Below, in pieces: positions 1 to 8,861 of a stretch of 64,000 nucleotides of DNA (positions within the stretch are counted from its first letter, which is position 1; the number at the start of each line of letters is the position of its first letter). This DNA is from a virus. The notes under the pieces are model-generated. The model was not told where the DNA came from, searched no databases, and was given only the letters and a program-made list of their open reading frames with translations. The position numbers were made by a program, and so were the translations under genes. The DNA is taken from the IMG/VR virus record IMGVR_UViG_3300035698_017588, positions 31,002-95,001 of that record. The stretch is one strand, 5' to 3'.

Positions 1-714
1 CTGACGAGATGATAACTTAGTCCAAAATTGCGGTAATTTCTTAGCATAAACAGAAAATCCACAACAATTAGCGAACAATTTGGAAAAACCAGAAGAACAG
101 ATTCTAATTGATCTGCCTTTATCAGATACTTTAGAGATATCACTTGGAGAAAAACCAAATTGGGTAAAATATTCTTGTATCCGACTGAAACGATCAAGTT
201 CCAAATCATTACCAGCAAATCCGAGCCTGTAGTCCTTATCGGTATGACCTTCAGCAATGTAAATGCCGAACAACCATAATAATTCATCAGTCAATTCTAT
301 GACATTTGGTATCGGATTTATCGATTTGCCGCCAAATGGGTAAATCAACCCATCCCTTACTTTACATCTAGGGTCGTCAATATAATCACTAATAGTCAAT
401 TCTTTTAAATCGTCATCAGGAAGAATGGGAGCGGCTACGTGTATAAAATCATCGGGACTAATATCACGAATCTCTTTCATTCCAATCAAACCGGTTTCAT
501 GGCATTTAGAATACAATCTATGATTTTCAGTGCATACCATCACTTGGCTACCCAGAAAACCATATAATTCTTCTCTATCTCTAACCTTTCTCTTACCAAT
601 ACACTGTACTTCTCTAAGACGATTTTTATGTGTCCAAACATACTCACCAGGGCGAATGTCGCACAGCCTCTTAGAACCATTGATAGTCTGAACAGTAACC
701 TCAGGATTCCAACA
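1..714 (-). mobile_element. Intein with LAGLIDADG homing endonuclease in DnaE (partial)
   Basis: After LAND the frame reads CWNPEVTVQTING (block A), CTENHRLY (block B TxxH), LWLFGIYIAEG (LAGLIDADG block C); segment is AT-richer than the extein. Confidence 0.9.
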
Positions 715-1482
715 ATCATTCGCAAGAACAGTCTTCAATCCAAAATAATCTGCCAAGCCTACTAGATCCCAAAAGACCTCGTAGTCATCCTCAATCCCTG
801 GCATTTGCAATTCGATATAGTAATCCTCACCGAATGCATCCTTAAACTTCTTTACCCACGTCGCAGCAGCTTGAAAACGCTCCTTACGAGTAGTCTCAAC
901 AATGAGATTATCCTCTTTGTCTCGAAGCTCCTTATACCGAAGCTCATGAGCCACGGGACCATTGAGGCACCCGCTGAGAATAATCAAGCCTTCCCGGTGT
1001 TTACAAAGCTTGTCGAACCAAATACGGTTCATTTTACGACTACCAGCCCCGAAGAGCCCATCATCATAAGCTTCCGTGGTCAATTTGAGCAAGTTATGTA
1101 AACCCTGCTCTGTCTTGCAGAGCACGGTAAGGTGACGATTACGATTGATTCTAGTGGCGAGTGCGAAATTCTCAGCACGCCAAGCCTGACTCTTGAGCTT
1201 TATGCCTTGTTCGACCAACGACTGTCTTTGGGGTTCATAATCATTAAAATAAATCTCGCAGCCAAATATACTTTTCAGACCGTGTTTTTTGAATTCAAAA
1301 TGAAAATCTGGAACAGATCCCATATGACCATGTTCAGTGATGGCCATGCCGGGCCATCCATTATCGACACATTTTTCGGCGTATTCTTCGATAGTCGCTA
1401 CACCATCAAGTGCCGAATAAATCGAATGACAATGAAGGTGGGCAAATCCCGAAGATCCGGTATATTCGCTAGGTTCAGGCAT
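1..1482 (-). CDS. dnaE: DNA polymerase III alpha subunit, N-terminal PHP domain, with intein; runs off the left edge
   Basis: Manual translation from ATG at 1482 is open to position 1: MPEPSEYTGSSGFAHLHCHSIYSALDG..AITEHG..FGCEIY..HLTVLCKTEQGLHNLLKL..LIILSGCLNG..YYIELQ..VLAND, the DnaE PHP motifs. Absent from the ORF track because there is no stop inside the window. Confidence 0.93.
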   Translation of the reverse strand, partial: MPEPSEYTGSSGFAHLHCHSIYSALDGVATIEEYAEKCVDNGWPGMAITEHGHMGSVPDFHFEFKKHGLKSIFGCEIYFNDYEPQRQSLVEQGIKLKSQAWRAENFALATRINRNRHLTVLCKTEQGLHNLLKLTTEAYDDGLFGAGSRKMNRIWFDKLCKHREGLIILSGCLNGPVAHELRYKELRDKEDNLIVETTRKERFQAAATWVKKFKDAFGEDYYIELQMPGIEDDYEVFWDLVGLADYFGLKTVLANDCWNPEVTVQTINGSKRLCDIRPGEYVWTHKNRLREVQCIGKRKVRDREELYGFLGSQVMVCTENHRLYSKCHETGLIGMKEIRDISPDDFIHVAAPILPDDDLKELTISDYIDDPRCKVRDGLIYPFGGKSINPIPNVIELTDELLWLFGIYIAEGHTDKDYRLGFAGNDLELDRFSRIQEYFTQFGFSPSDISKVSDKGRSIRICSSGFSKLFANCCGFSVYAKKLPQFWTKLSSRQ

Positions 1483-1505
1483 CGAAAATCCAAAGAGTTG
1501 AAGTA

Positions 1506-2942
1506 ATGGCAAGAAGAAGAACACAAGAAGAATTTATTGAACAAAGCTTAAAGAAACATGGCGAAAAATATGATTATAACAAATCTGATTATATAAATGA
1601 ATATACTAAAATAATAATAATATGCCGAGAGCATGGCGAATTTGAGCAAAAACCGTCAATCCACTTAAAGGGACATGGGTGCAGAAAATGCCGATATGAA
1701 AAATTAGCAGCCAATATGGGTGGTGGATTAACCGGTTTTATTAAGAAAGCTTCTAAAATTCATGATAATAAATACGATTATTCAAAAGTTGAATATTCGA
1801 CATCACAGAAGAAAGTGGTTATCATATGTCCAGAACATGGTGAATTCGAACAATTACCGTGTAATCATATTAATAAGTGTGCTGGTTGTTTGAAGTGTTC
1901 GACCGCTTACCAACCCACAAATAAAGAATTTATAAACAAACTTGTTTATAAATTCGGAGAAAGGCATGATTATTCTAAAACTATATATACATCATCGAAA
2001 GACAGAATTACTGTAATATGTCCAGAGCATGGTGAATTTCAAATTAGAGCTGAATCTTATGTAAGATCTGGATCTTGCCCTAGATGCTGCTCGTCTAACG
2101 AACAATTGGTGATCCACGATTTTGTTACCAGCTTCGAACCAACGGCAAAATCGAATGATAGGGAAGCCATACGCCCTTTAGAATTAGATGTCTATATTCC
2201 AAGCAAAAAACTTGGAATAGAATATAATGGAAATTATTGGCATTCATTTAACAGAAATGAAACAACAGAAGAGAGAAAGAGGCACCAAACAAAATTCGAG
2301 AAATGCGAAAAATCTGGTATAAGATTATTTCAAATAAACACCACGGAATATGAAGACAAATTCGAAATAGTCCAATCTATGATCAGACACAGATTAGGAT
2401 TATCAAAAAAGGTCGGTGCCAGAAAAACAATGGTCAAAGAAATATCTAACAAAGAAGCGGGAATTTTTTTAGACCGCTGTCATATTAGTGGCCACAGAAA
2501 TGCATCTAAAAATTATGGATTGATTCTTGACGACAAATTGATCGCCACAACCACATTTAGTAAATATAAAATAGGTTGGGAAATAATAAGATACGCCAAC
2601 GAGTTAAACATAACCGTGGTAGGCGGTTTTTCTAGATTACTAAAATCATTTATAATCGACAATCGACCGAAAACAATCATGACGTTTGCTGATCTAAGAT
2701 ATGGAAGTGGAAATGTTTATAAAGAATCTGGCTTCGAGTTAGTGAAACGAACGAAACCAGGATATGTCTATCTTGACTCTAATGCAAGATATATGGGGTC
2801 TAGGATAAAATTCCAAAAACATAAACTTGAAAAAATTTTAGAAGTCTTTCATACAGAACTAACGGAATCTGAAAACATGTTTCTCAACGGTTATAGAAGA
2901 ATGTGGGATGCTGGGCATAATCAGTTTATTTTGAATCTCTAA
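1506..2942 (+). CDS. Free-standing homing endonuclease (repeated zinc-ribbon modules + PD-(D/E)xK/Vsr-like nuclease + C-terminal GNAT-like domain)
   Basis: Three ICxEHGEF..CxxC repeats, ELDVYIP..GIEYNGNYWH, C-terminal TFADLRY..VYKESGF; AT-rich and antisense to both neighbours. Confidence 0.8.
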   Translation: MARRRTQEEFIEQSLKKHGEKYDYNKSDYINEYTKIIIICREHGEFEQKPSIHLKGHGCRKCRYEKLAANMGGGLTGFIKKASKIHDNKYDYSKVEYSTSQKKVVIICPEHGEFEQLPCNHINKCAGCLKCSTAYQPTNKEFINKLVYKFGERHDYSKTIYTSSKDRITVICPEHGEFQIRAESYVRSGSCPRCCSSNEQLVIHDFVTSFEPTAKSNDREAIRPLELDVYIPSKKLGIEYNGNYWHSFNRNETTEERKRHQTKFEKCEKSGIRLFQINTTEYEDKFEIVQSMIRHRLGLSKKVGARKTMVKEISNKEAGIFLDRCHISGHRNASKNYGLILDDKLIATTTFSKYKIGWEIIRYANELNITVVGGFSRLLKSFIIDNRPKTIMTFADLRYGSGNVYKESGFELVKRTKPGYVYLDSNARYMGSRIKFQKHKLEKILEVFHTELTESENMFLNGYRRMWDAGHNQFILNL

Positions 2943-3564
2943 AGCTTATGATCTTATCGATATTTTGAATGAGTAGAGGAACGTCCGAGTCCTCAATCTC
3001 TAACACATCGAGAAGTTCATTAAAAGGATCAAATGTGACAGACTCCATTTCCTGAGTAATCAGATAAATCTTGTCACCATATTCCTTATCCCCAACATAC
3101 TTAGCCCTAGGTTGGTACCTATCAAGTGTCATGCGAGAAGCACGGGCTGACCTCTCTCGAATCAATGGATTAGCCACTATTTTGGCTACAAACTCTTTTA
3201 TCTTGTCGAATGGACGGAGTTCGACCCAAAACAGTTGCACAAATCTTTCAGCTGTCTCTGGGTCAGATAAGGATTTAATCAACCTCTTAACGAAGTCTTT
3301 GAAATACCGTTTCGATTTCGAAGAATAACCAGCATTGTAGCCATTCTCATAAGCCAAAGAACAAGCTTTGAGAGTAGAAAGAGAAGCTTCGCCCCTAGTT
3401 GCTTCCGGAAGCCAATATTCAGGAGCAATTATGTTGAGTTGTTTGAATTCGGAATCGAAGATTTTAATGTCCCAGATATCGAAAATATCAAGATAATAAA
3501 CCGAGTTACCTATCTTGATAACAACCACTTTATCTTTTGAACACAGAAATTCAAACTTCGCCAT
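2926..3564 (-). CDS. Hypothetical protein
   Basis: 212-aa ORF abutting the upstream actin-like gene. Confidence 0.65.
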   Translation of the reverse strand: MAKFEFLCSKDKVVVIKIGNSVYYLDIFDIWDIKIFDSEFKQLNIIAPEYWLPEATRGEASLSTLKACSLAYENGYNAGYSSKSKRYFKDFVKRLIKSLSDPETAERFVQLFWVELRPFDKIKEFVAKIVANPLIRERSARASRMTLDRYQPRAKYVGDKEYGDKIYLITQEMESVTFDPFNELLDVLEIEDSDVPLLIQNIDKIISFRDSK

Positions 3565-4850
3565 TAGAACATTTCAGCAGCTTTCAAGCATCCTCGTGCC
3601 ACAGTGAAGAGTGGACTTTTGCAAAGGATGACTTTATTAATCTCGAATGGCACTTCGAGTTCTTTGATCAATTTGATGCATCGATCATTGAATCCGGCAG
3701 GGCTGGCGGTGCCTCCTGCCATGTAGAGGTTGACACCTTCTTCGATTCTGGCTTCATTCTCGTTCTCTTTGAATCCTTCGATGATACCGGTAAGAACATT
3801 ATTAATGAGAATATCATAATGTAACACAATATCCATGCCAAGCCGGTCATCAGGCTCTTTGCCGGGAGTGAGATTAACAGACATTTTACGTTTCGACACA
3901 GTAGTCGGAGTCTCTTTGGATTTCTTCCGGCTATCGGCATTGAATCCATGTCGTTGTGCTGTTTCATAATCAATCCAATCTCCGGAACCAACCCAGCAAA
4001 AGCTGAATATTTCTAGACCGTACTTGACATAGCTGACAGTAACGGTACCAGCACCCCAACTAATACCAATCCCCGTGCCATCGTCTGAGGAATCCAACAC
4101 AATCGCGTGTGATTCCTTGATCGTATGCCGTTCGATATTGGACTTAGTTTCATAACTATCCAAGATGACATTGACTACACGAGTATGGTAATCCAGATTG
4201 ATATCTTTATTAATCGCTTTGGCGGTCGTACAGTAACACAGCTTGACACCATCACCGAATTTGCCGATGTCGTCTTCAGCCGTCTGCAACAAGCCAGTGA
4301 CAATCGTTGAGAGGATCGTCATAGCTTCTTCGTCAGCCGCAACACCGCCCTCAGCCATGGGACGCCGAAGATAATCGTTTTTGGCATAAGCGAATTCTTC
4401 TGCGTCTTTGCCGAGAATGATTGCTTGACCGTCTAGCTCGATCCAACGTGCCGGGCGTTTGGTCCCGTCAGATCTGACCTTGTTGGGATCATCGAGCATA
4501 TTCTTCAAGAATGGAGTGACACGCTCGAAAGGCCAATAACCGTTAACCTCACTGAGGTAGCCGATTTCGCCGTTCTCTTCCTTAAAGGCAAGAACGATAT
4601 TACGGGTTCCGAGGTCGAGTCCTAAGTATTCCATTTTCATTCTCTTTGTTCTACAAATTTCGCCAAGCCGAAACACCCTTGGTTTCTTGGCAACCTTATT
4701 TACTACCGAAGCAATGCGGGTATGCCCACGAACGATATCGATCTTGGACAGTGCGGGCTTGGTAGGTTTAGGAGCAAGAGGGGTATCAGCGATGACAGGG
4801 ATTGGACGCTTTACAGTGTCCGACAATATTCTATTAGGTTCACTCGCCAC
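3564..4850 (-). CDS. Actin-like ATPase (MreB/ParM/MamK superfamily); true start may be ATG at 4640
   Basis: Phosphate-1 GLDLGTRN, RRPMAEGG, connect-1 ESHA, phosphate-2 ISWGAGT, adenosine MAGGT, connect-2 VARG. Confidence 0.85.
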   Translation of the reverse strand: MASEPNRILSDTVKRPIPVIADTPLAPKPTKPALSKIDIVRGHTRIASVVNKVAKKPRVFRLGEICRTKRMKMEYLGLDLGTRNIVLAFKEENGEIGYLSEVNGYWPFERVTPFLKNMLDDPNKVRSDGTKRPARWIELDGQAIILGKDAEEFAYAKNDYLRRPMAEGGVAADEEAMTILSTIVTGLLQTAEDDIGKFGDGVKLCYCTTAKAINKDINLDYHTRVVNVILDSYETKSNIERHTIKESHAIVLDSSDDGTGIGISWGAGTVTVSYVKYGLEIFSFCWVGSGDWIDYETAQRHGFNADSRKKSKETPTTVSKRKMSVNLTPGKEPDDRLGMDIVLHYDILINNVLTGIIEGFKENENEARIEEGVNLYMAGGTASPAGFNDRCIKLIKELEVPFEINKVILCKSPLFTVARGCLKAAEMF

Positions 4851-5106
4851 TCTTTGCCCTTGAACCGAAGCTAGTCTTGGGTGCTTTCTTCATCATCGAA
4901 GCAGGATCGGGTAATGGAACTTCCTGTTTCTTACCGTAGCCATTTTCCTCTCTTGTTGGAAAATCCAACGTCTCCACATTGCCCTTATAGACTGTGGGAG
5001 TCTTGGGTGCTTCAACATTAATATTGATGACGGATTCCTTCTTCGAAAACACCCATGCCCAATAATTTGCTGAAACAAGAAAAAGGATCATCCAGACAAT
5101 TGACAT
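4840..5106 (-). CDS. Small putative membrane-anchored protein
   Basis: Hydrophobic N-terminus followed by a Pro/Lys-rich tail; overlaps both neighbours. Confidence 0.55.
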   Translation of the reverse strand: MSIVWMILFLVSANYWAWVFSKKESVININVEAPKTPTVYKGNVETLDFPTREENGYGKKQEVPLPDPASMMKKAPKTSFGSRAKSGE

Positions 5107-6221
5107 ACATCACCCAAGATCTTGAAGGAAATACCACGATCAGTGCAATGCTCTATGATCCTAGTCATAAAAGTCTGACGTTTAATGGATTCAGAATTAT
5201 CGCCAGCTGCGACCAAAGCACTGAACACACTATTAGAATTGACCAGGATAGACTTTGGAGAGCACGACACCAAGATCTCAATGGCAGTCAGCATATTATT
5301 GGAAGAGACAGAAAAGGGCGGTGCGAAATTGATATTCGACGTGAACTGCTTAACTGCGAACGTCCCAACCGGACCCAAAGACGGAGTGAACAAAGGTCCC
5401 GGACTAGTATGGTCAAGCAAGACTATCTGTGCGAATGTTCGAGACATATCGAATTCCGTGATCATCGCACCCGGCAAAGCGAAATAAAAATCCGCGTCGA
5501 TATCGGGGTCCAAAGCAAAAGTCAAATAATTATACTGACAAAATTGATAATCATTCGAATAAGAGTCAGTCAGCAATACATCATTACCACGGACCTTATC
5601 AAAAAGTTTAATAAACCCGTCGCGGTTTGAATTGTGAACTCCGGTCATTGAACCACGAGATTGTGTAACAACGATCTCGTCTTTTTCAGTAGACAACAAG
5701 TAGTCTAAAGATTGGCGTGAATAATTCGACGACAATGAAGCCCTAACTGTTGGCAACGCTTCTCGGAATTTAACAGATGCGAGCCACCCTTCCAAGACTG
5801 AAACATCATATGACTTAGGGTGCAGCAGTAAACTCAATTCTAAAAACAAGTCGGTGATGTTAGTACACCGATGCAATAATCGTGCCAACGTGCCCTTATG
5901 AGCTATTAAACCGAACGGGATAAAATCCGGCTTAACATCGACATTCGTCAAAACCGGTTGAGTCTTCAAATTAGCTTGGAGAGCAACGTGGTTAATCTTC
6001 TTGCCGAATGGGTTCTGGATTTTAGAACTAAATGGCAAGATCTGAGGAACATACATTGCTTTCACATTTGTAGTATCAAAATCAGCCGGTGGTTCCAAGC
6101 ACTGATACGACAAGTCTGCAATCATTACCCATTCTGTTGGAGATTTCCGGACTTTATCAAAGAGCCCAGAAATAGACAATCCATCAGAAAACTTGATACG
6201 ATGTAATTCTTGATATTTCAT
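5088..6221 (-). CDS. Hypothetical protein
   Basis: 377-aa ORF in a co-oriented run. Confidence 0.7.
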   Translation of the reverse strand: MKYQELHRIKFSDGLSISGLFDKVRKSPTEWVMIADLSYQCLEPPADFDTTNVKAMYVPQILPFSSKIQNPFGKKINHVALQANLKTQPVLTNVDVKPDFIPFGLIAHKGTLARLLHRCTNITDLFLELSLLLHPKSYDVSVLEGWLASVKFREALPTVRASLSSNYSRQSLDYLLSTEKDEIVVTQSRGSMTGVHNSNRDGFIKLFDKVRGNDVLLTDSYSNDYQFCQYNYLTFALDPDIDADFYFALPGAMITEFDMSRTFAQIVLLDHTSPGPLFTPSLGPVGTFAVKQFTSNINFAPPFSVSSNNMLTAIEILVSCSPKSILVNSNSVFSALVAAGDNSESIKRQTFMTRIIEHCTDRGISFKILGDVCQLSG

Positions 6222-6249
6222 AGATTAATAATACAGTGTGGATTTACAC

Positions 6250-7761
6250 TCAACATTCGCCGGATTCCGGAAAGATAAAGTAATCATCCTGACAACACTC
6301 ATCACCAGTTGGCTCTTTAGGACGAACCAACTCGTAAGGATATCTACCGGGTCGAACGCCCTCTGGGCCATACCATTTGAGATCTTCTGAACATGCTGCA
6401 GCATCAGTCCCAGAAATCCAATCGAATTCATGTTTTTCAAATGAACGGCGAGTGAAGCATCCGTCTTGAGGTTCCCATTGTTGTAGATCTGGGTCCTCGA
6501 CTTCTACTTCAGGAAATGCATTAGACAAAGGCGTCGTCTTTTTTATAGCTGTCGCTACACGTTCCACAGCAACATACCGGCCTTCAACTATAGGCCGAGT
6601 AGTGGTAGTACCAGCCAAAATATCAGTCGTAATCAACTGAAAAGCATCTTGAGAAACCAAACGAGTATAATTGACATAAAAAGTGTCATTCTCGCAGTCC
6701 AACCGAAAATGAGTCAAAGTCCCATCAGGACGAACATTCGAATCATCTGGGAATTCACAAGGCTCAGTCCGGATAAAACCGTCCGGAATATCACCACGAT
6801 CACCAGTGGGACCACGTTGACGGGCTTTCCAAACAGTTTCTTCGGGCCAACCACCGGGAATTTCGAATTTGAGAAGTCCGATATTTTGATCAAATTCGAT
6901 CACAATATCATCTGGATTAGCCCCGATGCCATTGACCACTATTTCAAAAGAGCCATCTACTGGATTAATATCCAACTGGAAAATGACATTAGGCACAAGA
7001 TTCAAGGAATTCGTCACAGTTTGTGACAATGCGATATTTGGACCAGTCGTAAGACCTAGAGACTGGTCAATTATTTGCTGGCGTAAACGTGAGAAAACCG
7101 TTTTCTCTTCATCAGCAACAAAAGGGCTGCCAATCACATCAATCCAATATACCAACTGGTCCCCGAACGAAAACGAACCAGGGATTTCATAAAACCCGAA
7201 AAACCTAAGGCTAATAGGTGTGATTGTAGGATGATTAAAATACGTCCCAATCGGAATAGGAACATAAGCTTGGCCGGTAACGACATCATTAACCTTAAAA
7301 GGATAATATGTCGCCTCATTTGGGGCCGGAATACCAACCTCACCATCAGGACCTTGCTCGCCCTGGGGGCCTCGATCGCCAATACAGAGATATCGGTAGT
7401 AATAAGCGACGAGCTTTTGTTCGTTGACGTCGATATTGATTTCGCCATTACCACGATAGCGAATATCGATTAGCCCGTCAGGACTGTAGAAATAATAGTA
7501 ATATGCGTCAGTGCCAGGAGCGATCTTGAAAACGGAAACATCAAGACCTTGAAGAGAATCCTGCAGCGTAACGAGCTTGTTATAAATTACCGGTGTGATC
7601 AACCCATCCTGGACAGGCGATGCAAGAGGAATCAACTCATTCAGCTCATTCTGCACCCAACGAATAGATCCGCTTTGATACCGCCACTCAATTCCATTTG
7701 TGTCGACAAACAGTTGACCGTTTATCGGATTACGAGGGAATTTAGTGACAGCTGCCATCAA
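6250..7761 (-). CDS. Putative virion structural protein with short collagen-like segments
   Basis: FPRNPINGQLF N-terminus typical of tail/baseplate proteins; GDRGPQGEQGPDGEVG and GPTGDRG triplets. Confidence 0.55.
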   Translation of the reverse strand: MMAAVTKFPRNPINGQLFVDTNGIEWRYQSGSIRWVQNELNELIPLASPVQDGLITPVIYNKLVTLQDSLQGLDVSVFKIAPGTDAYYYYFYSPDGLIDIRYRGNGEINIDVNEQKLVAYYYRYLCIGDRGPQGEQGPDGEVGIPAPNEATYYPFKVNDVVTGQAYVPIPIGTYFNHPTITPISLRFFGFYEIPGSFSFGDQLVYWIDVIGSPFVADEEKTVFSRLRQQIIDQSLGLTTGPNIALSQTVTNSLNLVPNVIFQLDINPVDGSFEIVVNGIGANPDDIVIEFDQNIGLLKFEIPGGWPEETVWKARQRGPTGDRGDIPDGFIRTEPCEFPDDSNVRPDGTLTHFRLDCENDTFYVNYTRLVSQDAFQLITTDILAGTTTTRPIVEGRYVAVERVATAIKKTTPLSNAFPEVEVEDPDLQQWEPQDGCFTRRSFEKHEFDWISGTDAAACSEDLKWYGPEGVRPGRYPYELVRPKEPTGDECCQDDYFIFPESGEC

Positions 7762-8861
7762 TCTACGCCTATGTTATCAACTGTGTACAGTGAATCGCCT
7801 TCATGGATAATCTCACTGTTTAGCTGCTCCATTAAAGACTTATTATATTTATCTGCGTGTTTATCACGATCAAAATATCGGCTAAAGAGATCTTGAACTT
7901 GCATCCTGGACGGAGCACCATGACCCCTATTAACTTCGGGCTCAAGGGAATCTTTCAGTCGAAGGAATCTGACGACCTTTGCTCCCTTATCCAACAATTC
8001 TTTCCGGTATTGAGTCGTCAAATCATCAGGGAGATACTGCTCCGCAATAATCCGAAAATGATTCCCCATCACATCATGTTCCGATAAACCAGCCACATCA
8101 TCAAGACCAATCGTTAACATATGAGGGGGAATCATCTGGCCAGGATTATCAGTGTACATCAGAGGACGCAAATCCACGAAGCTATGCTTCCCGGTGTCAC
8201 AATCGTATTCAACAAAACCATGGGGCACAACACCCTCATCGAATGAGAAAGGAATCGGCGACCCCACATAGTGAGTCTTCACGCCAGCCCGATGATAACA
8301 ATGAAAATGTCCGGTGAAGACCTGACCAGCCGCTCGGTGGTCGAAATTAATGGCCTTTTGTTCTTGGAATAAGAAGCAAAGGTTGTACGAGGCCCCGATA
8401 CATCCAATGTGAGTGAGTAAAACGTCGCTTTGGCGACATTCCTTGTCGATCTCGTCGACGACGTCCATATAAGCCTTGTCGACGGCGATGAACGGGATCA
8501 TCCAAAATCGACGGTCAAATAACTCGACGCGATGAATGTCTTCCAGCACGTGACAGACGTCCGCTAACGGTCGGAGTGATGTGATTTTCCAGTTGTACTT
8601 GTAGTACATGTCATGATTGCCTGGAAAGACATACCATTCTTGATCGTATTCTCTTTTCGTAGCCGCGAGAAACTCATAAACGACGTGCATCACTTCAACG
8701 TTAATTGACTCACGATCATGGAAGAGATCACCCAAAACAAAAACGTGTTTAATACCGTTCTTCTGGGCGTAACTCCGAATCGATTTCGCTGCCATCAAAA
8801 TGTCTTTGGTCCGACCGTGAAGACCAAAATGAAAATCTGCCGTTAAAAGGACTTTGCTCAT
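7758..8861 (-). CDS. Mre11/SbcD/gp47-like metallophosphoesterase nuclease
   Basis: ADFH, GDLFH, GNHD, LLTH, GHFH, YVGSP motifs. Confidence 0.9.
   Translation of the reverse strand: MSKVLLTADFHFGLHGRTKDILMAAKSIRSYAQKNGIKHVFVLGDLFHDRESINVEVMHVVYEFLAATKREYDQEWYVFPGNHDMYYKYNWKITSLRPLADVCHVLEDIHRVELFDRRFWMIPFIAVDKAYMDVVDEIDKECRQSDVLLTHIGCIGASYNLCFLFQEQKAINFDHRAAGQVFTGHFHCYHRAGVKTHYVGSPIPFSFDEGVVPHGFVEYDCDTGKHSFVDLRPLMYTDNPGQMIPPHMLTIGLDDVAGLSEHDVMGNHFRIIAEQYLPDDLTTQYRKELLDKGAKVVRFLRLKDSLEPEVNRGHGAPSRMQVQDLFSRYFDRDKHADKYNKSLMEQLNSEIIHEGDSLYTVDNIGVD

Noticed and set aside
540-1506. Listed ORFs 540-725, 805-1101 and 1132-1506
   Set aside because: They are shadows of the dnaE frame (1482 to <1), which carries clear motifs.
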